Positions 47,713 to 56,156 of a stretch of DNA of 58,151 bases are shown here, in pieces (within the stretch, counting starts at the first letter, position 1; every line of letters begins with the position of its first letter). The notes under the pieces are model-generated. The model did not search any database. It saw only the letters and a list, made by a program, of their open reading frames with translations, and was not told where the DNA came from. Origin of the DNA: Xanthobacteraceae bacterium (lineage in GTDB: Bacteria > Pseudomonadota > Alphaproteobacteria > Rhizobiales > Xanthobacteraceae); contig DATAYT010000216.1 in the NCBI GenBank assembly GCA_036272395.1, forward strand, positions 1-58,151, in the 5' to 3' direction. A program made the translations under genes and the position numbers.

Positions 47713-48042
47713 TCAGCCGTGGCCTGCCTGCCGATACTTGATGTTCACCGCTAACAGATGCTCGCCGAAATGCCGATCGAGCCAGCCGAGAAACGACGAC
47801 AACAACCGCGCTTCGTCGCCGCGATCGGGCGATCTGATCACGGCTTCTACGGCTTGCGATGGACCCGGCTCCAAATTGATCGAGCCCTTGTAGCGAATGT
47901 GGGTCCATCGCGCGGCGTTGCGTTTACCCGACCGCGCGCGCGAGAAAGTCCCGCGGCCGCTGCGGCGGATCTCCCCCTGCTTTTTGATCATGGCGTTGTA
48001 AAGGTGGGTACGATCACTGGGGAGTATCTCAAGCGATTTCAT
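47713..48042 (-). CDS. Hypothetical protein
   Basis: ORF only. No motif recognised. Confidence 0.35.
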   Translation of the reverse strand: MKSLEILPSDRTHLYNAMIKKQGEIRRSGRGTFSRARSGKRNAARWTHIRYKGSINLEPGPSQAVEAVIRSPDRGDEARLLSSFLGWLDRHFGEHLLAVNIKYRQAGHG

Positions 48043-48168
48043 GGCCTGCCCCTGATTCGCTGCCGACGGTCAGCATCGCACGTCGGAGCGCAATTGTTGA
48101 GGGTTGTTTTTCTGTTTGAAGCAAACAGTCCTGAAATTCAGTTCGCCACACAATATTGTTGGCGTGGA

Positions 48169-49761
48169 CTATGCCAACGGCTTTGCGACGGCCTTGGCGA
48201 GAATCGAGACGGCGTTGGTCCGCGGTGAATTCTCGGTCCACGCGATGTAGCGATCCGGCCGAACCAGAATGAATTTGGCTTCGTAGGCGCGCCGCCCTTG
48301 GTCAAAGCTGTCGCATACGATTTTTAGCGGTACGTGCAGCGCCTTAGCCGCCTGTGCAAACGCGACCTCGGTCGTCTCATCGCGGTCGAATGCAAATAAC
48401 GTGAAGCCGTCGCCGAGCTCTTCGAAGACATTGCGGCCTGAGGAGAGAAGCTGTGGCGGCAAATGATGGCCGGCGCGGGCCTTGAACGTGTGCGCGCCCC
48501 GGGCGCTGCTCGCCGCGCCTGGTGGGCCGAACACGATCGATGAGCCTTCGTAATGCGGCTCGTAGGTCAGAACATTTGGCGCGCTGAAATTGATGTGCTC
48601 CTGCCAGGCGCGCTCAAACTCGGTCCGATCCCGTTCCGGGCTGTAGCGACGCAGAAATTCCCGATCGCGGCGAATGCCGGCTTCGATGAAATCCTCCGCG
48701 GTCTCCTTGAAGATCGGCCGCCGCTCTTCGCTGTAGCTCGCGAGCAGCGCATCGCTGCCCCAGCCGTTCAGCTTCGCCGCAAGCTTCCAGCCGAGATTGA
48801 CGACATCGTCTAGCCCGTTGTTAAGGCCATAGGCGCCGTAGGGCGGATGGGAATGCGCGGCGTCGCCGGCGATGAAGATGCGGCCGACCTGGTAAGTCTC
48901 CGCTACCGCGATCCGCAAGTCCCAGAACCCGACATAGTCGAAGTCGCAGCCAAACGGAAAGCCGGCCGCTTTCTGCAGCAAAGCGTGAAAGTCGAAATTA
49001 TCGCGCGTGGTGTTCGCCGGCACTGGCGAATGAAAGAACCAGCTTTCACCGACATCGACACGGCCGAAAAATTGCCAATAGCCGTTCAACGCGGGGTGGA
49101 TGACACGATAGGTGGAGCGCGGCGGCAAACGCTTGAGTCCCTCGTGAAGTTCGCGCGAGCGAAACAGCGCCAACACCATCAATTGGTCGAAGTCGGCGCC
49201 GCCGCGTGCGATAGCCGTTTGCTCGCGCACCAAAGAATGCGCGCCATCGCAGCCGACCGCGTAATCGCATTGCAATATCGCGCGTCCTGCGGCGCCGTCT
49301 TCCGCGATCGTGACGGCGACGGTGTCGGCATGCTGATCGATCGCTTCGGCGGCCCAGCCGAACCGCGTCTCAACATTTTCGAGCTGCGCCAGCCGCGCGC
49401 GCAAAACATATTCGGCCTGATATTGCGGCAGACGATCGTTGTTCTGGAAGTAATAAGGGTTGACGATCTCGCGAAGCGGTGGCGCCGCCCAATATTGGTT
49501 GTTCAGGTCGTGGTACGCGACGATGCCACTCATTGGATAGGACGGCGGCAGGATGCGCGCGGCGCGCAGCAAGTCCAGAACGCCCCAAAAATAAAAGTGC
49601 TCGACCGAACGCTGGGTGAGATTTTGTCCCTTGGGGATACGCTGTGGCTCGCGCCGCCGTTCCACCAGCGCGCAGGAAATACCGCGCTGGCCAAGCTCGA
49701 CCGCGAGCGCAACGCCGACCGGCCCGCCACCGACGATGACGACTTGAAATTGCTTTTCCAT
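48169..49761 (-). CDS. FAD-dependent aromatic hydroxylase (phenol 2-monooxygenase / PheA-TfdB-type, with C-terminal thioredoxin-like domain)
   Basis: VVIVGGGPVGVALAVELGQRG, and a GDAAHSHPPYGAYGLNNGLDD fingerprint. 530 aa. Confidence 0.9.
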   Translation of the reverse strand: MEKQFQVVIVGGGPVGVALAVELGQRGISCALVERRREPQRIPKGQNLTQRSVEHFYFWGVLDLLRAARILPPSYPMSGIVAYHDLNNQYWAAPPLREIVNPYYFQNNDRLPQYQAEYVLRARLAQLENVETRFGWAAEAIDQHADTVAVTIAEDGAAGRAILQCDYAVGCDGAHSLVREQTAIARGGADFDQLMVLALFRSRELHEGLKRLPPRSTYRVIHPALNGYWQFFGRVDVGESWFFHSPVPANTTRDNFDFHALLQKAAGFPFGCDFDYVGFWDLRIAVAETYQVGRIFIAGDAAHSHPPYGAYGLNNGLDDVVNLGWKLAAKLNGWGSDALLASYSEERRPIFKETAEDFIEAGIRRDREFLRRYSPERDRTEFERAWQEHINFSAPNVLTYEPHYEGSSIVFGPPGAASSARGAHTFKARAGHHLPPQLLSSGRNVFEELGDGFTLFAFDRDETTEVAFAQAAKALHVPLKIVCDSFDQGRRAYEAKFILVRPDRYIAWTENSPRTNAVSILAKAVAKPLA

Positions 49762-49782
49762 TTGGGGCGATCTTGGACAAAC

Positions 49783-50004
49783 CTAGTTGGTTGGAGTGGT
49801 CGATGGCGCTTTGGCTTTTTTGATGCAGACCGGATCGCCTTGTGGAATCGCCACACAATCCCATTCAGGCCCAAAGCCGCTCGCGATTGGCCGGGGGCTC
49901 GGGACAAAGATGTAAGCAAGTAGAATAACGACTAGAAACGCGGCGCTTAAAAGAAACGCCAAAATGTCCCCGCGGCCGGGTGGAACCCACGGCCATGATT
50001 TCAT
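49783..50004 (-). CDS. Hypothetical small single-TM protein
   Basis: Packed between the Inh-like gene and the monooxygenase gene. TM segment ILAFLLSAAFLVVILLAYIFV. Weak support. Confidence 0.35.
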   Translation of the reverse strand: MKSWPWVPPGRGDILAFLLSAAFLVVILLAYIFVPSPRPIASGFGPEWDCVAIPQGDPVCIKKAKAPSTTPTN

Positions 50005-50048
50005 AAAGACTTTGCAAAAAGCCGGAAGCATTTGCTGATTGGGTGCGA

Positions 50049-50816
50049 TTACTGTCGCACAAGCAGAATTGTGTCGGCCGATTCCGGTACACGCTGCCAG
50101 GTGTCGGGATCGGTCTCTACGAATTGCCAGGATTGTCCCCGCGGCGACAGGAGCACGAGCTCGCCCTGATCGATGCGCCAGGCGTTTGGATTAAAGCGCG
50201 TGACCAGCGGATCGCAGCCGGTCTTCAGCCGTAGCGCGAGCGCGCCGCTCGGATTATTCACCGGACTGTTCGCCAGCGTCAGCGTGCAAATCAGCTTTCC
50301 CGCGCCGCGCGTGATGGCCCAATCGCCGATCATATCTTCGGGCAAATGCACTGGCGCGGAGGCCGCGGTCTGCAGAACGTAGCGGCCCTCTCCAGGCGAA
50401 AAACCGTCATACATGCCGCTTTCCACCTGGGTGAGCGCAATGACCGCTTCGCCGTGAGAGTCGAGCAAACTCAAATCGCCGTAATTGTTGAGCGCCCAGC
50501 CGGAAATGTTTTTGGTCGAGGGAAACAAGCTCACGCAGCCCTTGTCGACGTCGAGGCGGCGACCGCCCGTTGCCGCCTCGCCACGGAAGGTGAAGTGGCA
50601 GATCTTGTTGTGGTCGGCATCGGAGAATTCCCAAGTACCGAGCATTGCGTTCACCGGGTCTTCCGGTTGCTCTTGCGGATTTTGTGGTTGCGGATTTTGC
50701 CCCTCCGAACCCGACGAGTTCTGCGACTGATCAGGCTTCGCGCCTTGCGCGAAAGCCGCGCTGCCGCCAAGCGCGACGGCGATGGCCGCAACAATTGCAA
50801 ATCTTTTGGCCTGCAT
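50049..50816 (-). CDS. Secreted protein with two tandem Inh/Omp19-like (protease-inhibitor) domains
   Basis: It has a signal peptide and a Q/P-rich linker. Two repeats then follow the G-x-W...C-x-[FL]-x-[FL]...G-C...W...L-x-L-L pattern, each with a Cys pair. Confidence 0.7.
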   Translation of the reverse strand: MQAKRFAIVAAIAVALGGSAAFAQGAKPDQSQNSSGSEGQNPQPQNPQEQPEDPVNAMLGTWEFSDADHNKICHFTFRGEAATGGRRLDVDKGCVSLFPSTKNISGWALNNYGDLSLLDSHGEAVIALTQVESGMYDGFSPGEGRYVLQTAASAPVHLPEDMIGDWAITRGAGKLICTLTLANSPVNNPSGALALRLKTGCDPLVTRFNPNAWRIDQGELVLLSPRGQSWQFVETDPDTWQRVPESADTILLVRQ

Positions 50817-50878
50817 GTGCTTTAAGCTAGCACGCGGGCGGCATCGCGTCAGCGCCGACGCAACCGTGTCAGCCAATC

Positions 50879-51856
50879 TCAGGTGTTCCAGGATTTGAAC
50901 GGCGTTTCCGCGACTGGCGTGAGCGGCGGTTTTCCCGCGGCCCAGGCGGCGATGTTGTCGACGACAAGCTGATCCATCCGGTCGCGGGTGTGAACCGAGG
51001 CGGAGCCGACATGCGGAAACAGCACGACGTTGTCCATTGCGATCAATTCCCGCGGCACGTCCGGTTCCTTGGCAAACACGTCGAGCCCGGCCGCCATGAT
51101 GCGCTTGTCCGCCAGCGCTTTGACCAGCGCCGGCTCATCAACCACCGAGCCGCGGGCTATATTGATGAGAATGCCATTTGGACCGAGCGCGTTGAGCACT
51201 TCGGCATTGATCATATTCGCGGTCGCCGGGCCGCCCGGCACGATGACCATCAGCGTGTCGACGTCGCGCGCCATGTCGATGAGCTTCGGGTAGTGGCGAT
51301 AGCGCAAATGCGGGCGCGGTTGCCGCGCGTGATAAACCACCGGCACCCCGAACGCATCGAGGCGGCGCGCAATGGCTTGTCCGATCGCGCCCATGCCGAC
51401 AATACCCACGGTGCGATTGCGCAAAGTTCCCTTGGTCAGGGGGTAAGGTTTCTGTAGCCATTTGCCGGCGCGCAAGTGGCGCTCGGCCTGCGGAAACTCA
51501 CGCACCGTGCACAACAGCAATCCGAGGGCCGTGTCGGCCACCTCCTCGGTCAGGACTCCCGGGGTATTGGTGACAATGACACCGTGCGCCGCCGCCGCTT
51601 TGGCGTCGATATGGTCGTAGCCAACGCCGAAGCTCGAAATGATCTGCAATTTGGGAAAGCGCCGCATGAACGCATCGCCCAATAGTTCGCTCGTGGCGGC
51701 GCAGGCAATCGCCCGGACCTCGGGATGTAAAGCATAGAAGGAGTGCAGATCCTTCGCTTCGGCGGACTTGTGCACAGTGCCGATGGCTTCAAGCCCCTTG
51801 ACGATCAGCGGCTTCAACGGTCCCAGCAGAATGACTTCGCGATTAATGGCATTCAT
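50879..51856 (-). CDS. D-isomer-specific 2-hydroxyacid dehydrogenase (glyoxylate/hydroxypyruvate reductase-like)
   Basis: GIVGMGAIGQAIARR NAD-binding motif, and catalytic Arg/Glu/His regions (NIARG, FPHVGS). Confidence 0.92.
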   Translation of the reverse strand: MNAINREVILLGPLKPLIVKGLEAIGTVHKSAEAKDLHSFYALHPEVRAIACAATSELLGDAFMRRFPKLQIISSFGVGYDHIDAKAAAAHGVIVTNTPGVLTEEVADTALGLLLCTVREFPQAERHLRAGKWLQKPYPLTKGTLRNRTVGIVGMGAIGQAIARRLDAFGVPVVYHARQPRPHLRYRHYPKLIDMARDVDTLMVIVPGGPATANMINAEVLNALGPNGILINIARGSVVDEPALVKALADKRIMAAGLDVFAKEPDVPRELIAMDNVVLFPHVGSASVHTRDRMDQLVVDNIAAWAAGKPPLTPVAETPFKSWNT

Positions 51857-51865
51857 TATTGATCC

Positions 51866-53188
51866 TCACACCAGCATCGTGACCGGCGACTCAATCAATC
51901 GTTTGACCGTCGCCAGAAGTTCGGCGCCCAGGGCGCCATCCACCACGCGATGATCGCATGACAGGGTCAAGCTCAGCATACTGGCGAAAGCGACACCGCC
52001 GTCGTCGGTCTCGATCGCCTGCCGCAGCGCCGCTCCGACCGCCAGGATCGTCGCGTGGGGTGGATTGATAATTGCGGAAAATTCGCGCACGCCATGCATG
52101 CCGAGGTTTGAGATCGCCGCCGCGCCGCCCTGATATTCCGCCGGCTTGAGCTTCTTGGCGCGGGCGCGCGCCACCAGATCCTTCATTTCGGCCGAAATCG
52201 CGCTCAAGGATTTTGTTTCGGCATGGCGGATCACCGGCGTGATCAGCCCACCTTCGAGCGCCACCGCCACGCCGATATCGGAATGGACAAAACGCAAGAT
52301 CCGATCGCCGGCCCAGACCGCGTTAGCCGCGGGCACCCGCTGCAAGCCAAGGGCAAGCGCGCGGATGATGAAATCGTTGACCGACAGCTTGAAGCCAGCA
52401 TTGCCGTCATGATCCTTGGGCGCGGCATCACTGGCTTCCTCGCGCAGCGCGATGAGCCGACCGATATCGGCGTCCGTGGTCAGATAGAAGTGCGGAATCG
52501 TTTGCGCGGCTTGCGTCAATCGGGCGGCGATGGTGCGACGCATGCCGTCGAGCGGCACTTCCTGATAGCTTCCGGGCTCGAATAGCGCCTTGATCTCCGC
52601 CGCGCTCGGTCCGACGGCACCAGGTCCGGCCAGGGCGACGCCCGCAGCCTGTGGAGCAGCGGCAATGTCGCGCGCGACGATGCGGCCGCGCGGCCCGGAG
52701 CCGCGCAATTGCGCAAGATCAATGCCGGCTTCGCCGGCCAGGCGCCGCGCCAGCGGCGTGACAGTCGCGCCGCCGGGTAACCGCGCCGGCCCATAATTGC
52801 GCGCCGGCGTGCGCACTTCGAAAAACGGATCGAGTGCGGCGCGCGGCCGCTCGTCAGCGTTAGCCGCCGCGGCGGGCGCATCGCGCCGGATGCCACGATC
52901 GGCGGATTGCGGCGGCGGCCTGTTTTCTGTCGCCGTCGCGCTCGCAGCCGCGCCGCCGCCGTCCGCGATCACGCCGACCACCGCGCCGACCGGCGCCACC
53001 GCACCGGCCGGCACGCGGATTTCGGCGAGCACCCCGGCCGTGGTCGACGGCACTTCCATCGACACTTTGTCGGTTTCGATCTCGAACAGATTGTCGCCCG
53101 GCTTGACTTCTTCGCCCGCGGATTTGAACCACTTGGTGATTTTGCCCTCGGCGACAGTTTCGCCGAGTTGTGGCATCAGGACGTCCAT
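51866..53188 (-). CDS. Dihydrolipoamide acyltransferase E2 component (acetoin/pyruvate dehydrogenase type)
   Basis: Lipoyl domain (EIETDKVSMEV), E3-binding domain (TPLARRLAGEAGIDLAQLRGSGPRGRI), and catalytic DHRVVDG. ATG 53188 overlaps the upstream stop (TGATG). Confidence 0.93.
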   Translation of the reverse strand: MDVLMPQLGETVAEGKITKWFKSAGEEVKPGDNLFEIETDKVSMEVPSTTAGVLAEIRVPAGAVAPVGAVVGVIADGGGAAASATATENRPPPQSADRGIRRDAPAAAANADERPRAALDPFFEVRTPARNYGPARLPGGATVTPLARRLAGEAGIDLAQLRGSGPRGRIVARDIAAAPQAAGVALAGPGAVGPSAAEIKALFEPGSYQEVPLDGMRRTIAARLTQAAQTIPHFYLTTDADIGRLIALREEASDAAPKDHDGNAGFKLSVNDFIIRALALGLQRVPAANAVWAGDRILRFVHSDIGVAVALEGGLITPVIRHAETKSLSAISAEMKDLVARARAKKLKPAEYQGGAAAISNLGMHGVREFSAIINPPHATILAVGAALRQAIETDDGGVAFASMLSLTLSCDHRVVDGALGAELLATVKRLIESPVTMLV

Positions 53189-53589
53189 CACTTGATCCGT
53201 TCCCAAGTGACTTCCAGCGTCGAGTTCGGCGCGCGCAGGGTGAGACGATCGCCATTCAATTCGTAGCGCCGCACCAGATCGCCATTGTCGCCGGGCTGCA
53301 GACTGTCCTGCCGATGATGCGTGACGGTGCCGGCCGCTTCGTCCACCATATAGGTGCCGAAATAGGCGATGTAATCTTTGACTGCGGTAAACGCTTCTTG
53401 CGGCGACATCACCGCTTCGGCGCGCGTGCGTTTGACGTCGGGGGCAATCTGCACCGCCATCTCGCCATGCGGGCCGTAATAAATCATGCCCTTCGGATTG
53501 GCGCCGCGATCCCAATTGTCGCCGTTGATGCGCGTGCCGACATAACGCCACGCGCCGAGTAGCTTGTTGGCCACTTCGCCGTCAGTCAT
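53188..53589 (-). CDS. Lipocalin-like domain protein
   Basis: LLGAWRYVGTRINGD...GMIYYGPHGEMAVQI...YIAYFGTYMVDEAAGTVTHH...RRYELNGDRLTL matches the lipocalin-like domain pattern (PF13924-type). Confidence 0.7.
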   Translation of the reverse strand: MTDGEVANKLLGAWRYVGTRINGDNWDRGANPKGMIYYGPHGEMAVQIAPDVKRTRAEAVMSPQEAFTAVKDYIAYFGTYMVDEAAGTVTHHRQDSLQPGDNGDLVRRYELNGDRLTLRAPNSTLEVTWERIK

Positions 53590-53616
53590 GCCGCGCCCGC
53601 CCGCGTGACTCGCCGA

Positions 53617-55074
53617 TCACCACGTCACCGAAATGTACTGGGTCTCGGTGAACTCCATGAGGCCTTCATGGGCGCCTTCGCGGCCGAGCCCAGATTGCTT
53701 GACGCCGCCGAACGGCGCCGCCGGATCTGACACTAGCCCGCGATTAAGCCCGATCATGCCGAAGTCGAGTTTCTCCGACACCCGCATGCCGCGGCTCAAG
53801 TCCTTGGTATACAGATAAGCGACAAGGCCATATTCGGTGTTGTTGGCGCGGGTAATGACTTCGTCCTCCGATTTGAAGGACTGAATCGAAGCCACCGGCC
53901 CGAAGATTTCCTCGTTGAGCATTTTGGCGTCATCGGAAACGTTGGCGAGCACGGTCGCCGGATAGAAATAACCGGGACCGCTGGGCGGCTTGCCGCCGGT
54001 GAGCACTTTGGCGCCCTTCTTCACCGCGTCATCGACGAGCTCAATCACCTTGTCGCGACCGTCCTTGTTGACGAGCGGTCCAAGCGAAACGCCATCGTCA
54101 AGGCCATTGCCCATTTTCAGGCCGCCCATTTTTGCGGTCAGCTTGCGGGCGAATTCGTCATGCACCTTCTCATGTACATAGAAGCGATTGGCGGCGGTAC
54201 AGGCCTCGCCCATGTTCCGCATTTTCGCGACCATGGCGCCGTCGATCGCAGCGTCGATGTCGGCGTCGTCGAACACGATAAACGGCGCGTTGCCGCCGAG
54301 CTCCATTGCCGGCTTGACGACATTATCGGCGGCTTCGTGCAGGAGCTTGCGGCCGACCTCGGTCGAGCCGGTGAAGGACACCACGCGCACCCGCGGGTCA
54401 TGCAGCATGGCGCTGACCACTTTGCCGGATGAACGCGAGGGGATGACATTGACGGCGCCGGCCGGCACGCCGGCTTCTTCCAGGATCGGCATCAGCGCCA
54501 GCATAGTGAGCGGCGTGTCGGAGGCCGGCTTGAGCACCACGGTACAGCCGGCGGCAAGCGCCGGTCCGATCTTGCGCGTCGCCATCGCCGCCGGGAAATT
54601 CCACGGCGTGACCAGCACGGCGACACCGGCCGGCTTGTGATGGACGAATATGCAAGCGCCGGAAGACGGTGCGACCGAATTCTGGCCGATGTTGCGCACC
54701 GCTTCCTCGGCATACCAGCGGAAGAATTCAGCGGCATAAGCGACTTCGCCGCGGGAATCGGACAGCGCCTTACCGTTCTCGATGGTGATGAGCTTCGCCA
54801 GCCGCTCGGCATCGCGCATGATCAATTCGTAGGACTTCCGCAAAACCTCGGCGCGTTCGCGCGGCTTCTTGCCGGCCCAAGCGGCGAATGCGCCGCTCGC
54901 GGCATCGAGCGCGGCCATAGCATCCTCGACCGTGGCGCTCGCCACCGAAGCGACTTTGTTCTCGGTCGCCGGATCGATAACGTCAAAACGCCCGGCGTCG
55001 GACGATTTCCGCCATTTGCCGCCGATCCACAGATCGGTCGGTACATTGGCGAGCAGATTGTCATACATGGCCAT
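53617..55074 (-). CDS. NAD(P)-dependent aldehyde dehydrogenase (succinate-semialdehyde dehydrogenase GabD-like)
   Basis: ELGGNAP and catalytic-Cys region NMGEACTAANR. 485 aa. Confidence 0.95.
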   Translation of the reverse strand: MAMYDNLLANVPTDLWIGGKWRKSSDAGRFDVIDPATENKVASVASATVEDAMAALDAASGAFAAWAGKKPRERAEVLRKSYELIMRDAERLAKLITIENGKALSDSRGEVAYAAEFFRWYAEEAVRNIGQNSVAPSSGACIFVHHKPAGVAVLVTPWNFPAAMATRKIGPALAAGCTVVLKPASDTPLTMLALMPILEEAGVPAGAVNVIPSRSSGKVVSAMLHDPRVRVVSFTGSTEVGRKLLHEAADNVVKPAMELGGNAPFIVFDDADIDAAIDGAMVAKMRNMGEACTAANRFYVHEKVHDEFARKLTAKMGGLKMGNGLDDGVSLGPLVNKDGRDKVIELVDDAVKKGAKVLTGGKPPSGPGYFYPATVLANVSDDAKMLNEEIFGPVASIQSFKSEDEVITRANNTEYGLVAYLYTKDLSRGMRVSEKLDFGMIGLNRGLVSDPAAPFGGVKQSGLGREGAHEGLMEFTETQYISVTW

Positions 55075-55097
55075 GGCTCTACCTCGTTCTCTTCCTC

Positions 55098-55174
55098 GTC
55101 ATGCCCGGGCGTGACCCGGGCATCCATGCGGCGTCTCGCTGTATGGATTGCCGGGTCGAGGTCCGGGCATGACG
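55098..55174. repeat. REP-like composite hairpin (family B) filling the E1-beta/ALDH intergenic gap
   Basis: Perfect 12-bp outer arms CGTCATGCCCGG / CCGGGCATGACG. The inner arms are imperfect: ACCCGGGCATCCAT / ATGGATTGCCGGGT. Confidence 0.65.
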
Positions 55175-55175
55175 C

Positions 55176-56156
55176 TTAAGATTCCATCGCGCGTTTCACC
55201 CGGTCGACGATCCGCTCGACGCTCGGCAGCGCAAGGTCTTCCAGGATATCGGCGGCCGGCAGCGGAATATGCGGCGTGGTGATCCGCACCGGCGGCCCGT
55301 CAAGGTCGTAAAAGGCTTCGTCGGCGACGATCGAAACGATCTCAGCGCCCCAGCCGCACAGCCGCGGATTCTCTTCGACGGAGAACAGGCGATGCGTCCG
55401 CGCTACCGAGCCGAGAATCGTCTGCGTGTCCAATGGCACCAGCGAGCGCACATCGATGACTTCGCAGTCGATGTCGTGCTCGGATTTAAGTTTCTCAGCC
55501 GCAGCCACCGCGCGCGGCACCATCAGCGCCAGCGCGAGGATGCTGGCATCCTTGCCCGGCCGCACGATACTTGCCGTGCCCAGGCGATCGACGATCTCGC
55601 CGTCCGGCACGTCGCCTTTGATCGGATAAAGCGATTTGTGCTCAAGGAAAATCACCGGATCGGGATCGCGCACCGCCGCGGCGAGAAGCCCGATAACGTC
55701 ACGCGGCGACGATGGCGCCACCACTTTCAGTCCGGGAATCATCATGCACCAGTTTTCGACGCTCTGCGAATGCTGCGCGCCAAATCGGGAGCCGGCGCCG
55801 TTGCCGGTCCGCACCACCAGCGGACATTTGACCTGGCCGTTGGACATGTAGCGGCTCTTGGCAAATTCGTTGGCGATGTAGTCGAAGCAGACTGCAAAAA
55901 AGTCCGAAAACATGATCTCGGCAATCGGCTTCAATCCGGTCATTGCCGCACCCATCGCGGCGCCGAGGATCGCCTGCTCGGAGATCGGCGTGTCGCGCAC
56001 GCGCAGCGGTCCAAACTGCTCGTAAAGTCCGACCGTCGCCTTGAATACGCCGCCGGCTTTGCCAATGTCCTCGCCGAGAAACACCACGTCGGGATCGCGC
56101 GCCATCTCCTGGGCGATGCCGCGGGCCACCGCTTCGCGATAGGTCAATTCCGCCAT
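55176..56156 (-). CDS. 2-oxoacid (acetoin/pyruvate) dehydrogenase E1 beta subunit
   Basis: MAELTYREAVARGIAQEMARDPDVVFLGEDIG... transketolase-like pyrimidine-binding domain. ATG 56156 overlaps the E1-alpha end by 13 nt. Confidence 0.95.
   Translation of the reverse strand: MAELTYREAVARGIAQEMARDPDVVFLGEDIGKAGGVFKATVGLYEQFGPLRVRDTPISEQAILGAAMGAAMTGLKPIAEIMFSDFFAVCFDYIANEFAKSRYMSNGQVKCPLVVRTGNGAGSRFGAQHSQSVENWCMMIPGLKVVAPSSPRDVIGLLAAAVRDPDPVIFLEHKSLYPIKGDVPDGEIVDRLGTASIVRPGKDASILALALMVPRAVAAAEKLKSEHDIDCEVIDVRSLVPLDTQTILGSVARTHRLFSVEENPRLCGWGAEIVSIVADEAFYDLDGPPVRITTPHIPLPAADILEDLALPSVERIVDRVKRAMES

Noticed and set aside
51866-53551. 561-aa ORF-track version of the E2 gene
   Set aside because: The upstream 121 codons are Arg-rich and overlap the lipocalin-like gene. 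The lipoyl domain begins at ATG 53188 (MDVLMPQLGETV).
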